DNA of 64,000 bases from an uncultured delta proteobacterium (GCA_963796055.1 CAWCKH010000004.1:3296001-3360000); one strand, 5' to 3'; positions 1-11,236 are shown, counted from the first letter of the stretch. A program made the numbers and translations. The notes: generated by a model from the sequence alone, not told the origin.

Positions 1-1
1 G

Positions 2-1951
2 GATGGCCTCGGCGAGGACCGCCTCGGTCTGCTCGGACGGCTCGGCGGGGGTGCGCCGCTCCTCGAGGATCACCGCGCCGTACGCCAGCCGGCTGATGCG
101 CTCCACCCGCCCGGCCTCCTCGGAGAAGACCAGCCGGTCCTCGTCGGTGAGCCCCCCGGGGAAGAGATCGAGGAGCCATTCGGCCTCGATGGCGCTCGCC
201 ACCCGGACGCGCACCTCCGGGCCGCGGGGGCCCTGGCGCTGCTCGGCGTCGAGGGCGAGGAGGAGCATGGGCTCCTGGACCACGCTCGAGGGATCCAGCA
301 CCGCGCTTCCCCCCGCCGACAGGACCAGCTCCGGCGCGTGCGGCCTGCGGCGCCGCGCCACCCGGTCGGGAAACCCGGCGAGCAAGGCGATCAGCAGCGC
401 TTCCTCCCGCTCGGCCGGAGGGGCTCGGTGACGGCCGTGGAGAGCGCGCGCGAGCTGCCGGGCAGTGCGGTCGACGGCCTGCGCGGCGCCGCTGCGGGCC
501 TGCTCTCCCCGGCCGAGCGCCTCCATCTGCTCCAGGACGTCGGACCTGCCGCTCCAGGTCGGACCGGTGCGGCGCGCCCCGCCCAGCCCCGGCCCTTGCC
601 GCGCCGGGCGCTCCGAGAGGACTGCCGCGGCCCGGGCGCTCTCGGGGCCGACGCCCCGGCGCTCGCCCTCGAGCAGGATGCGTCCCAGCCGCGGATGCAC
701 CGGAAAGGAGAGGAGCCGTCGCCCCAGCTCGGTGAGCGTTCCGTCGGGCGCGCGGGCACCGAGCTGGGACAGGAGATCCTCGGCGGCCTGGAGCGCCGCG
801 GGCGGGGGCGGCTCGAACCACCCGAACGCCCGCGGGTCGGGGGCGCCGGCCCCGGCGAGCGCGAGCACGGTCTCGGCGAGGTCGGCGCGGGCGATCTCCG
901 GCGCATCGCGCTCGGGGCGGCGCTCCAGGTCCGCTTGCGTGTAGAGGCGGAGGCAGATTCCGGCGCGGGTGCGGCCGGCGCGACCGGCGCGCTGCGCCGC
1001 GCTGGCCCGGCTGATGGGCTGTACCCGGAGCGAGGGCAGCCCGCTCCAGGGCGAGTGGGTGGCCATCCGGGCCAGCCCGGAATCGATGACCGCGTCCACG
1101 CCGTCGATGGTGACCGAGGTCTCGGCCACGTTGGTGGAGAGGATGAGCTTGCGCTCCCTCGACGGCCGCACCGCCCGGTCCTGCGCGTCGGGGGGTAGAT
1201 CGCCATGGAGGGGCAGGACGCGGAGCCCGTGGCGCTCGGCGTACTCGGCGCAGGCCTCCTGGGCGCGGCGGATCTCGGCGGCGCCGGGAAGGAACACCAG
1301 GAGGTGACCGTCGATGTCTCGCTGACCGAGCCGCTTCAGGCCGGCGAGCACCTGGACCTCGAGCGGACGGCTGTCGGCAGCCGGGAGGTGCTCGAGGTCC
1401 ACCGGAAAGACGCGCCCCTCGGAGGTGAGCACCGGGGCGTCGGCGAGGAACCGGGCCACCGGCCCGGGATCGAAGGTGGCCGACATGACCACCAGCCGGA
1501 GCTCGGGTCGCCGCTCGCGGAGGCACCGGAGCAGCGCGAGCCCGAGGTCGGTGGGGAGGTGGCGCTCGTGGAACTCGTCGAGCACCACCGCGCCCACGCC
1601 CCGGAGCTGGGGGTCGGAGAGAAGCCGGCGGGTGAGCACGCCCTCGGTGACGAAGCGCACCCGGGTCGCGGCCGACGAGACTTCGTCGAAGCGAATCTGG
1701 TAACCGATCCGGCGGCCCACCGGCTCGCCGAGCTCCTCCGCCACCCGGGCCGCGGCCAGTCGCGTCGCCAGCCGGCGCGGCTCGAGGACCCACAGCTCGC
1801 CCTCGAACGCCCCGGCGTCGAGGAGCGCGCGCGGGACCCGGGTGGTCTTGCCCGCCCCGGGCGCCGCCTGGAGCACGAGCGTGCCCCGCGTCCTCACCGC
1901 CTCCACCACCGACGGGAGGAGGGGATCGATCGGAAGCGGCGAGAGCGCCAT
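2..1951 (-). CDS. hrpB: ATP-dependent RNA helicase HrpB (3' end runs off the window)
   Basis: Manual translation from ATG at 1951 gives MALSPLPIDPLLPSVVEAVRTRGTLVLQAAPGAGKTTRVP, followed by DEFHER, MSAT, STNVAETSVTIDGV and QRAGRAGR DEAH-helicase motifs. Absent from the ORF track because it has no stop in the window. Confidence 0.93.
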   Translation of the reverse strand, partial: MALSPLPIDPLLPSVVEAVRTRGTLVLQAAPGAGKTTRVPRALLDAGAFEGELWVLEPRRLATRLAAARVAEELGEPVGRRIGYQIRFDEVSSAATRVRFVTEGVLTRRLLSDPQLRGVGAVVLDEFHERHLPTDLGLALLRCLRERRPELRLVVMSATFDPGPVARFLADAPVLTSEGRVFPVDLEHLPAADSRPLEVQVLAGLKRLGQRDIDGHLLVFLPGAAEIRRAQEACAEYAERHGLRVLPLHGDLPPDAQDRAVRPSRERKLILSTNVAETSVTIDGVDAVIDSGLARMATHSPWSGLPSLRVQPISRASAAQRAGRAGRTRAGICLRLYTQADLERRPERDAPEIARADLAETVLALAGAGAPDPRAFGWFEPPPPAALQAAEDLLSQLGARAPDGTLTELGRRLLSFPVHPRLGRILLEGERRGVGPESARAAAVLSERPARQGPGLGGARRTGPTWSGRSDVLEQMEALGRGEQARSGAAQAVDRTARQLARALHGRHRAPPAEREEALLIALLAGFPDRVARRRRPHAPELVLSAGGSAVLDPSSVVQEPMLLLALDAEQRQGPRGPEVRVRVASAIEAEWLLDLFPGGLTDEDRLVFSEEAGRVERISRLAYGAVILEERRTPAEPSEQTEAVLAEAI

Positions 1952-1953
1952 GC

Positions 1954-2673
1954 TCAGCTCCGTCGCGCCGGCCGCGCCTTCCCCGCTCGGCGGGTGCGGC
2001 CGAGGACCGGAGTTGGAGCAGGCGCCGGGACCTCGGAGGGTCGGGCGCGCCGCGGGAACACCTGCTCGGCCAGGTCGGGCCTGTCGATCAGGGAAGCGCG
2101 GACGACCCATCGAACACGGTCCAGCAGCTGCGCGGTCTGCCGCGCGACGGCGAGAAGGCGGGCCCGCACCTCCTCGGCCTCCGGACCGGGGAGGGCCGGG
2201 AGCTCGCGTTCCTCGGCCCAGGTCGAGCGCGCGGCGGCGAGGGTCTCGATCCAGGGGCGGAGCGCCGCCTCCGTCCGGGCCTCCCCGAGGCGCCGCGCGG
2301 CGTAACTGGAGGAGAGGCGGCGCTGCAGCTCGGCCTCCGCGGCCAGCGCCTGGTCGACGTGCCGGCGCAGCGACGGTCCGCGCCAGTCCGGGAAGAGCGC
2401 TTCCACCAGCGGTCCGCGTTCCGACTCCTGCGCCTGGATGGCCGAGCGGAGGGCCTCGGCCGCGTCCACCCAGGCCGACAGCAGCGCGGCCTTGCGCGCC
2501 CGGGCCTCCGGGGCCAGCTCCTCGAGCCACACCGCGGAGGCCCGGGCCGAGCTCCGCTGCGCCTTGCCCCGGTCGAGCAGCTCCGCCGCGCCGCGAAGCC
2601 AGCCAGCCTCGACCTGGGCCGTGCCACCGAGCGCATCGGCGGCAGCGCGCAGGCGGGTGGCGAGCCCCTCCAC
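1954..2673 (-). CDS. hypothetical alpha-helical protein (start uncertain)
   Basis: C-terminal part of ORF 1954..2910 has protein-like composition and fills the gap between the HAD gene and hrpB. GTG start is estimated. Confidence 0.6.
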   Translation of the reverse strand: MEGLATRLRAAADALGGTAQVEAGWLRGAAELLDRGKAQRSSARASAVWLEELAPEARARKAALLSAWVDAAEALRSAIQAQESERGPLVEALFPDWRGPSLRRHVDQALAAEAELQRRLSSSYAARRLGEARTEAALRPWIETLAAARSTWAEERELPALPGPEAEEVRARLLAVARQTAQLLDRVRWVVRASLIDRPDLAEQVFPRRARPSEVPAPAPTPVLGRTRRAGKARPARRS

Positions 2674-2720
2674 GTTCCCGAGGAGGCTCCAGGCAGCGCG
2701 GGGCGAGGGTGGTGCGGAGC

Positions 2721-3419
2721 TCAGCGCAGCGCTCCGAGCACCGCCTCCATTGCGCCCGGGGAGGCAAGGCTGGCGAAGGCGCGGGTCGCCCCGGCAGCCT
2801 GCAGCTGCTCGGAGGAGAAGCTGCCCGTGCCGACGCCGATGGACTCGGCGCCGATCGCCCGTGCCGCCGCGATGTCCTTCGGGGTGTCGCCGATGACCAC
2901 CACCCGGCACTCGTCGAGCGGCGCGCCCAGCAGGGACGCCCCGCGCTCGGCGCCTCGCCGGATGAGCGCGTTCCTGTCCTCGGCGTCGCAGCCGAATCCG
3001 CCGAACGGGAAGCGGTGGTAGATGCCGACGCGCTCCAGCTTGATGCGCGCTCCCTCGCGGATGTTGCCGGTCCCGAGCCCCAGCGCGACCTCGCGGTGCG
3101 CGCCGGCCGCCTCGATGGTCTCGGCCATTCCGGCATGGACGCGGTAGGTCGCGGTGGGCGCGGCGGCCACCTCCTCGGCGAGCACCAGCAGATAGTCCAC
3201 CAGGACCTGGTGGATGAGGGCCTCGGTGGGCTCGACCTCGATGGCCTGCATCCCCGCGCGCACGATGGCCCGGTCGGTCATCCCGTCGAGCCGGAAGCTG
3301 CGACAGGCATCGCGCCGGCCGAAGGAGCGCTGGAAGGCGATCTCCAGCGCGCGGCGGCCGACGCCACCGGTGGTGACCAGGGTGCCATCGACATCGAAGA
3401 GGAGGACGGTGGGTCGCAT
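2721..3419 (-). CDS. HAD-superfamily hydrolase
   Basis: Motif I FDVDGTL, GTGN, and motif IV IGDTPKD. Confidence 0.9.
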   Translation of the reverse strand: MRPTVLLFDVDGTLVTTGGVGRRALEIAFQRSFGRRDACRSFRLDGMTDRAIVRAGMQAIEVEPTEALIHQVLVDYLLVLAEEVAAAPTATYRVHAGMAETIEAAGAHREVALGLGTGNIREGARIKLERVGIYHRFPFGGFGCDAEDRNALIRRGAERGASLLGAPLDECRVVVIGDTPKDIAAARAIGAESIGVGTGSFSSEQLQAAGATRAFASLASPGAMEAVLGALR

Positions 3420-3421
3420 GT

Positions 3422-3970
3422 TCAGGGTTGGGCCTGGGCCAGGGACGCCTGGAGACGCTCGCGCACCCCGGGGTCCTCCTCGCGCTCTAACCGGTCCTCG
3501 AGCGACTTGCGAGCCGCGGCGCCGCCGGCCCGCCCCAGACCACGCGCGGCGGCGGAGCGGACAGCCGGGTCCGTCGCCCCGAGCAGGGGCCCGAGCCGGG
3601 CCACCGCCTCCTCCCGGTCGTGCGAGCCGAGCTCCTCGGCGACCGAGTCGCGCAGGCCCGGCGAGAGCCGCGGAGAGGCGACGGCATCGCCGAGAACGCC
3701 GAGCCCCGCCCGCCCGGGGAGCCCGGCCAGGGCACGGGCGGCGGCGAGCCGGCGGGTGTCGGTCGCCTGGGGGTCGAGCAGCTCGGCCTGCAGCGCGGGC
3801 ACGGCCTCGGCGCCGATGGCGGCGAACTCGGTCGCGCCGGCGTCCGGCGCGCCGAGCAGGGCGGTCACCCGTGCCCGCGCCTCCTCGCTGGTGCGTGCAG
3901 GGCCAACCGATCGGGTGCAGGCGACGGAGCAAAGAGAGGCGAGCACCAGGGCGAGGCCGAGCCGGGACAT
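3422..3970 (-). CDS. HEAT-repeat lipoprotein
   Basis: Lipobox-like SVAC after a hydrophobic signal, then HEAT-like repeats (DPAVRSAAARGLG, EEDPGVRE). Confidence 0.75.
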   Translation of the reverse strand: MSRLGLALVLASLCSVACTRSVGPARTSEEARARVTALLGAPDAGATEFAAIGAEAVPALQAELLDPQATDTRRLAAARALAGLPGRAGLGVLGDAVASPRLSPGLRDSVAEELGSHDREEAVARLGPLLGATDPAVRSAAARGLGRAGGAAARKSLEDRLEREEDPGVRERLQASLAQAQP

Positions 3971-4004
3971 GAGACGGCGGCGGAGTGTACCCTCGAGGCG
4001 AGAC

Positions 4005-4397
4005 ATGGCCGGACGGGTACTGTTCATCGTGCAGCGCGGCGGCTACGAGCCGGCCTACCAGGCGGCGTCGATGGGCATCACCGCGGCGGCGCTGGGGGAC
4101 GAGGTGGTGTTCGTCTTCGCCTTCGAGGCCCTGCGCCAGCTCTGTCGCGGCGACTTCGGTCGCGCCCAGTCCGACCGCGAGCTCGCCGAGGGCGCCCGGG
4201 CAGAGGGGGTGGGCGTGCCGCCGCCGGCGCAGCTGCTGGCGGAGGCGCGCGGGCTCGGGGCCCGCTGCGTCGCTTGCGACACGATGCTCAAGCTCGCCGG
4301 CGTCTCGATCACCGAGGCCGAGCGGGTGCTGGACGAGGTGCTCGGACTGGCGGCGCTGTGGCGCCTCACCGAGGACGCCCGCGTGCTCACCTTCTGA
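4005..4397 (+). CDS. DsrE/DsrF-like protein
   Basis: AAALGDEVVFVFAFEAL, ACDT, and C-terminal ARVLTF are typical of the DsrE family. Confidence 0.75.
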   Translation: MAGRVLFIVQRGGYEPAYQAASMGITAAALGDEVVFVFAFEALRQLCRGDFGRAQSDRELAEGARAEGVGVPPPAQLLAEARGLGARCVACDTMLKLAGVSITEAERVLDEVLGLAALWRLTEDARVLTF

Positions 4398-4437
4398 CAC
4401 CACTCGGGTGCCTGGTAGTCTGCCCGCTCGGTCCCGG

Positions 4438-5712
4438 ATGCGTTCCCGCCCGTTCACCCTGTCCGCACTGCTCCTGGTCATCGGGCTCGCCTGCCAGAGC
4501 TACGACTTCATCCCGGTGGAGCCGCTGTCGATCTCCCAGGAGGAGAGCAGCACGCCCATCGTGATCAAGAAGTTCAAGCCGAACGTCATGGTGCTGGTCG
4601 ACAAGTCCGGCTCGATGGATCAGCCCGCCGACCCGAGCCTTCCCGGGTGCACGCAGGCCGGGACCCTCTGCGGGACCGGCACCAGCGCCAAGAGCAACCC
4701 CTGCAACGTCAACGTCTGCCCCACGCGCTGGAGCGAGCTGAACCTGGCGCTCGACCCGTTCCTCCAGGTGCAGGCCCAGACCGTGCGCTTCGGTCTGTCC
4801 TTCTTCCCCGAGCCGGTGTCGGGGGCGGAGCAGCCGAACTGCGTGCCCACCTCGTCGGCGCGGGTGGACCTCCCGGCCGACGCCGAGGACGACTCGCCGG
4901 CCACGCTCTCGGCGCTGTCCCTCGCCGCGCGTACGGCGCTGACGTCGGTGAAGAGCCAGAACCCTGCCGGCCCGACCGGCACCGGCGGCGCGACGCCGAC
5001 CGGCCCGAGCCTGGCCTTCTTCTCGGACTACGGCCCGCTGCTGGACCCGCTGCGGCTCGAGCTGGTGCTGCTCCTCACCGACGGGTTGCCCAACTGCAAC
5101 GGCAGCATTCCCAGCGACAGCTGCGTCTGCACCGCGACCGCGGACCGCTGCCCACCGCAGCTCAGCGCGAGCTACGACTGTCTGGACAAGGACCGCACGG
5201 TGCAGGCGGTGCAGGACCTGGCCGCACGCGGGGTGCACGTGGTGGTCATCGGCTTCGGCGACGAGACGCGTGCCAGCACCGACGGTGGGGTTCAGGCGCC
5301 CATCGTGCTTCAAGAAATGGCGCTGGCCGGCACCTATCCACGCCTCTGTCCCGGGCCGCAGCACGATCAGCGGTGCGGCCCGGCGAACCCGTGCCAGGGC
5401 GGGGTCTGCCTCCGGCAGTACTACCAGGCGCAGGACAGCCGCGAGCTCGGGACGGCGCTGGCGGAGATCACCGCCAGCCTGGACCGGGAACCCTGCCTGC
5501 GAGCGATCACCCCCGCCCCGACCTCCGAGGACCTCATCCTCCTGACGCTCGACGGCACGAAGTATCCGCCGGGCCCGGACACCTGGCACTACGTTCCTCC
5601 GGCCGACGGCGGCCCGGCGATCCGGTTCCTGGGCGCGCTGTGCACGGCGATCGAGAGCTCGACCGCGCAGAACCCGGTGCAGCTCGACCTGCGCATCCTC
5701 CGGGTGCTGTGA
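4438..5712 (+). CDS. cglB: CglB-like gliding-motility vWA lipoprotein, paralog 1
   Basis: Lipobox GLAC followed by QSYDFIPVEPLSI, MIDAS motif DKSGS...TPT...TDGLPNC, Cys-rich. Confidence 0.75.
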   Translation: MRSRPFTLSALLLVIGLACQSYDFIPVEPLSISQEESSTPIVIKKFKPNVMVLVDKSGSMDQPADPSLPGCTQAGTLCGTGTSAKSNPCNVNVCPTRWSELNLALDPFLQVQAQTVRFGLSFFPEPVSGAEQPNCVPTSSARVDLPADAEDDSPATLSALSLAARTALTSVKSQNPAGPTGTGGATPTGPSLAFFSDYGPLLDPLRLELVLLLTDGLPNCNGSIPSDSCVCTATADRCPPQLSASYDCLDKDRTVQAVQDLAARGVHVVVIGFGDETRASTDGGVQAPIVLQEMALAGTYPRLCPGPQHDQRCGPANPCQGGVCLRQYYQAQDSRELGTALAEITASLDREPCLRAITPAPTSEDLILLTLDGTKYPPGPDTWHYVPPADGGPAIRFLGALCTAIESSTAQNPVQLDLRILRVL

Positions 5713-5816
5713 GCACGCGCCGTGGGGCGCGCCTGAACGTCCGGTCGGCGGATGTGGGATGGGTGATCCGAAATGGGGCCGCTGGCCCCCCGAGCAGGTA
5801 TGCTCGGCCCCCGCGC

Positions 5817-7163
5817 ATGCCCGCCTCGCACGTCCTTCGTGGTGCCGCCGTCCTCGCGCTCACGCTCTCGGCAAGCGCCTGCCAGACCTACGACTTCGAG
5901 CCGGTGAAGCCGCTGTCGATCGGGCAGACCCAGACCAGCGAGGACGTGCAGGCGGTGGCCAACAAGCCGAACTTCATGCTGCTGGTCGACAAGTCGGGCT
6001 CGATGGACCAGCCGGTGGACCCGACCCTGGCCGCTTGTCACGTGGGCGGGATCAACGGCCCGCTGTGCGGGGATCCGGGGAAGGTGAACCCCTGCAATCT
6101 CGATCCGATGCTCGGACCGGTGTGCCCCACGCGCTGGAGCGAGCTCAGCAAGGCCCTCGACAACTACATCACCCAGTACCCGCTCATCGGTCGTTACGGA
6201 CTCTCGCTGTTCCCCGAGCCCGAGAGCAACGGCGGCTGCGGGCCCACGACGGAGCAGAGGAGCGCGCTGCCGACCACCAGCTCGGACGACGATGCCACCC
6301 TGCAGGCTGCGGCGGACCTGACCAAGACCGAGCTGGACAAGGTGACCAGCTGCGGAACGTTGGCGACGCCCGGCAAGTACTGCACCGGCGGCGGCACGCC
6401 CACCGCGGCGAGCCTCGCCTTCCTGGGGACAGTGGGCGAGCTGACCACGGACAACAGCCGCGACCAGATCGTCATCCTCTTCACCGACGGCCTACCGAAC
6501 TGCGACGCGGCGCTGGCGGACCTCGCGGGCACGGTCGCGTGCCAGTGCACCTTCGGCCCGGCGCTCGACGACTGCAGCCCGCAGATCCCTCCGTTCCCGG
6601 GTGCAGGATGCCTCGACGTCGACAACTCGGTGAAGGCGGTGCAGTTCCTCGCGGGGAAGAAGGTCCAGACCTACGTGGTCGGGTTCGGTGCGGAGGCGGG
6701 GACGGCCACTGCCCGCGACACCCTGCAGCGGATCGCAGTCGCGGGTAACGCGCGGTACCCCCGGGTGTGCCCCGGCAGCCCGCCGAACCAGCCGTGCAGC
6801 GCGGACAACCCCTGTGACCTGGCGACCGGCCGGTGCACCAAGCAGTACTACCAGGCCAACGACGCCTCGAGCCTCGGCGATGTACTGAAGCAGATCACCG
6901 CGCCGGTGGCGGGAGTCTGCGAGCGGCCGCTCACCGAGGTTCCCACCGACGTGTCTCTGCTGAGCGTGCTGGTGAACGACACCGCCATCCAGCCTGGCGC
7001 GGACACCTGGGTCTACGTCCCGCCGGGGTCGACCACCTCGGTGACCGGGCAGCCCGGGCCCGCGGTCGAGTTCGTCGCCGGGAAGCCGACCTGCGAGCAG
7101 CTCAAGGCATCGACCGCGGCGAACCCGGTGAACGTGCAGATCCGGATCCTGAAGGTCCTCTGA
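5817..7163 (+). CDS. cglB: CglB-like gliding-motility vWA lipoprotein, paralog 2
   Basis: ASACQTYDFEPVKPLSI N-terminus characteristic of myxobacterial CglB, KPNFMLLVDKSGSM, TDGLPNC. Confidence 0.8.
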   Translation: MPASHVLRGAAVLALTLSASACQTYDFEPVKPLSIGQTQTSEDVQAVANKPNFMLLVDKSGSMDQPVDPTLAACHVGGINGPLCGDPGKVNPCNLDPMLGPVCPTRWSELSKALDNYITQYPLIGRYGLSLFPEPESNGGCGPTTEQRSALPTTSSDDDATLQAAADLTKTELDKVTSCGTLATPGKYCTGGGTPTAASLAFLGTVGELTTDNSRDQIVILFTDGLPNCDAALADLAGTVACQCTFGPALDDCSPQIPPFPGAGCLDVDNSVKAVQFLAGKKVQTYVVGFGAEAGTATARDTLQRIAVAGNARYPRVCPGSPPNQPCSADNPCDLATGRCTKQYYQANDASSLGDVLKQITAPVAGVCERPLTEVPTDVSLLSVLVNDTAIQPGADTWVYVPPGSTTSVTGQPGPAVEFVAGKPTCEQLKASTAANPVNVQIRILKVL

Positions 7164-7228
7164 GCCTGGACTCCTCGCCCCCGGGCAGCTTGCCCGCGCC
7201 GGGGGCTGGTCATACGGTCCTCCGGCCC

Positions 7229-8197
7229 GTGCGACTCACCCTCCTCTCGCGGTCCCTGTCGGTCCCCTCCACCGCCCGGCTGGTGGCGGCGGCCCGGGCG
7301 CGGGGGCACTCGGTGCGGGTGCTCGACCCGGTGCAGGTGGAGATGCACCTCGACGGCACCCGGGGGCAGCTCCTCTACCGGCGCCGGAAGCTGGCGCTGC
7401 CGGACGTGGTCCTCCCGCGCGTGGCGCAATCGATCACCAGCTACGGGCTGGCGGTGGTGAACCAGTTCGGGATGCTGGGGGTGCCGGTGATGAACACCGC
7501 CTCCGCCATCGCCCAGGCGCGCAACAAGATGCGCTGCCTGCAGCTGCTCTCGGCACACGGCATCTCGGTCCCCGCGACGGTGATGGCCAGGAGCGCCGGG
7601 GACCTCAAGGCCATGGTGCGGCTGGTGGGCGGGGTGCCGGTGCTGGTGAAGCTGCTCGGCGGCACGGACGAGCGCGGGGTGATGGTCTGCGAGACGCTGA
7701 ACTCGCTCGCGGCGGCGCTGGAGGCCATCCTCGGGCTGGGCCACAACCTCCTGATCCAGGAGTACGTCCGGAAGGCTGGCCGGGACGTGCGGGTGCTGGT
7801 GGTGGGGGGCAAGGCGCTGGCCGCGGTGCGGCGCCGGCCGCGAATGAACCGACTGGCCCACACCCTGAACCGGGGCGCACTCTTCGAGCGCATCCGGCTG
7901 ACCGAGGCCCAGCGGCGGGCCGCGGTCGAGGCGGCGCGGCTCATCGGGCTGGAAGTGGCGGCGGTGGACATGCTCGACGTCCACGGCCACCCCAAGGTGT
8001 TCGAGGTGCACTCCAGCCCCGGCCTCGCGGAGATGGAGAAGGCGGTGGGTGAGGACCTCGCCACCCCCGTGGTGGTCCGTGCCGAGCAGATCGCCCGCGA
8101 GCGGCCCCCGGCGCTCGACCCCTCGCCGCTCCCGGCGCTGTCCCGGCGTCCGCGCCCCGCGCCGAGAGCGCTGAAGCGGGTCCGGGCTTCTTGTTAG
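7229..8197 (+). CDS. RimK-family ATP-grasp alpha-L-glutamate ligase
   Basis: ARNKMRCLQLL, LIQEYV, DVRVLVVGG, VFEVHSSPGL. Confidence 0.88.
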   Translation: MRLTLLSRSLSVPSTARLVAAARARGHSVRVLDPVQVEMHLDGTRGQLLYRRRKLALPDVVLPRVAQSITSYGLAVVNQFGMLGVPVMNTASAIAQARNKMRCLQLLSAHGISVPATVMARSAGDLKAMVRLVGGVPVLVKLLGGTDERGVMVCETLNSLAAALEAILGLGHNLLIQEYVRKAGRDVRVLVVGGKALAAVRRRPRMNRLAHTLNRGALFERIRLTEAQRRAAVEAARLIGLEVAAVDMLDVHGHPKVFEVHSSPGLAEMEKAVGEDLATPVVVRAEQIARERPPALDPSPLPALSRRPRPAPRALKRVRASC

Positions 8198-8209
8198 GTT
8201 GGGGGCTCG

Positions 8210-8647
8210 ATGCGCCTCTGGAGCCTGGTTCCCCTCCCTGCACTGCTGTTCGCCTCGCTGGCCCTGGCCGCCGAGGTGGATCCCACCACACTGTACAAGC
8301 TCAGCACCGAGGGCACGACGGCCAAGGTCGCGCCCGGGAAGAAGGGCACCCTGGTGCTGGAGATCCAGAGCCTGAAGGGCGCGCACGTCTCGGATGAGGC
8401 CCCGTTGCGGATCCAGCTCTCCGGCACGGGGGCGGTGGTTCCGGAGAAGACCCAGCTGGTCTACGGCGACTCGGTGCGGAAGGCCTCGCCTTCGGTGAAG
8501 TACCCGGACCCGCGCTTCGAGGTTCCCTTCGTGGCGCAGGGCAAGGGCGCGGGCGCGGTCGAGGCGAAGATGACCTTCTTCGTCTGCACCGAGCAGCTCT
8601 GTCTGCGGCAGCAGAAGACGCTCTCCGTCCCGGTGACGGTGGAGTAG
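8210..8647 (+). CDS. secreted hypothetical protein (DsbD-N-like Ig fold possible)
   Basis: Signal peptide ending ALA-AE and C-terminal FFVCTEQLC Cys pair. Confidence 0.7.
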   Translation: MRLWSLVPLPALLFASLALAAEVDPTTLYKLSTEGTTAKVAPGKKGTLVLEIQSLKGAHVSDEAPLRIQLSGTGAVVPEKTQLVYGDSVRKASPSVKYPDPRFEVPFVAQGKGAGAVEAKMTFFVCTEQLCLRQQKTLSVPVTVE

Positions 8648-8655
8648 CGCCGCCG

Positions 8656-9444
8656 ATGCCGGGGGAGAGCCGGACGGTGCACGGCATCCACCCGGTGCTC
8701 GAGGCGCTGCGGGCGCACCCCGGCGACGTGGAGCGGGTGTACGTGCTGGAGGGCAGCGTGCCCCCGCGCGCCGCCGCGGAGATCCTCAGCCGGGCCCGCG
8801 ACTTCCGGATCACGGTGGAGCGCGTCCCGCGGGAACGCCTGCAGGCGCTGGTGGAGGGCGGGGTGCACCAGGGCGTGGCCGCCCGGCTGCGCGAGTTCGC
8901 CTACGCCGGGCTCGAGGAGGTGCTCGCCGGGGCGACCGCCTCGGGGCGCCCACCGCTGGTGGTGGTGCTCGACGGCCTTCAGGATCCGCAGAACCTCGGG
9001 GCGGTCATCCGTTCGGCCGATGCGCTCGGGGTCCACGGGGTGGTGCTCCCCAGGGACCGCTCGGTGGGGGTGACCGCGACGGTGGCGCGGGCCTCGGCCG
9101 GAGCGGTGGAGCACGTGCCGGTGGCAAGGGTGACCAACGTCTCCCGGGCGCTCGAGGAGCTGAAGGCCGCCGGGCTCTGGGTGGCGGCCGCGGACCCCGG
9201 GGGGGACCAGGTGCTCTGGGAAGCCCGGCTGGACGGGCCGCTGGCGGTGGTCATCGGGGGCGAGGGGGTGGGGGTCCGCCCCGGGGTGCTGAAGCACTGC
9301 GACCTCCGGCTTCGCATCCCCATGGCGGGACGGGTGGGGTCTCTCAACGCCTCCGTCTCGGCGGCGCTGGTGCTGTACGAGGTGGCCAGGCAGCGGGCGG
9401 CGGCGGGGGCGTTCGCCTTGACTCCGGCCAAGTCCGTCCCATAA
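8656..9444 (+). CDS. rlmB: 23S rRNA Gm2251 methyltransferase (SpoU family)
   Basis: HQGV, LDGLQDPQNLGAVIRSA, IGGEG.G, IPM.G.V.SLNAS. Confidence 0.93.
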   Translation: MPGESRTVHGIHPVLEALRAHPGDVERVYVLEGSVPPRAAAEILSRARDFRITVERVPRERLQALVEGGVHQGVAARLREFAYAGLEEVLAGATASGRPPLVVVLDGLQDPQNLGAVIRSADALGVHGVVLPRDRSVGVTATVARASAGAVEHVPVARVTNVSRALEELKAAGLWVAAADPGGDQVLWEARLDGPLAVVIGGEGVGVRPGVLKHCDLRLRIPMAGRVGSLNASVSAALVLYEVARQRAAAGAFALTPAKSVP

Positions 9445-9446
9445 AA
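9418..9446 (+). promoter_or_regulatory. possible sigma70-type promoter of the tRNA-tuf operon
   Basis: TTGACT at 9418 and AT-rich CATAAAA 16-17 nt downstream. Confidence 0.35.
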
Positions 9447-9504
9447 GGCCCAGCCCTTCCGGGGCCCTGGCGAAGTGTACCCTGGGGGCCACGGCGAGCT
9501 GCTT

Positions 9505-9577
9505 GCCGGTGTAGCTCAGCAGGTAGAGCAACTGATTTGTAATCAGTAGGTCGCGGGTTCGACCCCCGCCGCCGGCC
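9505..9577 (+). tRNA. tRNA-Thr(TGT)
   Basis: Cloverleaf with anticodon arm ACTGA-TTTGTAA-TCAGT and T-loop GTTCGA. No encoded CCA. Confidence 0.93.
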
Positions 9578-9646
9578 AGGAGGCGAACCCGAGGACGGCG
9601 TAGAAGAAGAGGAAGGCAGGCAGCCCCAGAACGAAGCACACGTCAT

Positions 9647-9730
9647 GGAGGGGTACCCAAGCGGCCAAAGGGAGCAGACTGTAAATCTGCCGGCTCTACG
9701 CCTTCGTTGGTTCGAATCCAACCCCCTCCA
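9647..9730 (+). tRNA. tRNA-Tyr(GTA)
   Basis: GGAGGGG/CCCCTCC acceptor stem, GCAGA-CTGTAAA-TCTGC anticodon arm, long variable arm. Confidence 0.95.
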
Positions 9731-9751
9731 ACCAGGCACGAGGAGCAGCAG

Positions 9752-9827
<76 letters not shown>

Positions 9828-9859
9828 ACACGAAGTCGTGGAGCGAAGACCAGCAGCAA

Positions 9860-9935
<76 letters not shown>

Positions 9936-9961
9936 TTCGAGGTTCGAGATAGAGGAGCAAG

Positions 9962-11153
<1,192 letters not shown>

Positions 11154-11236
11154 GAGTAGGATTCGGGGTGTCGCGGAGGGGAGGGCTGCCGTCACGCAGC
11201 GCTCCCCTCTGTGCCGTTCAGGAGAACGAGAAAGTC

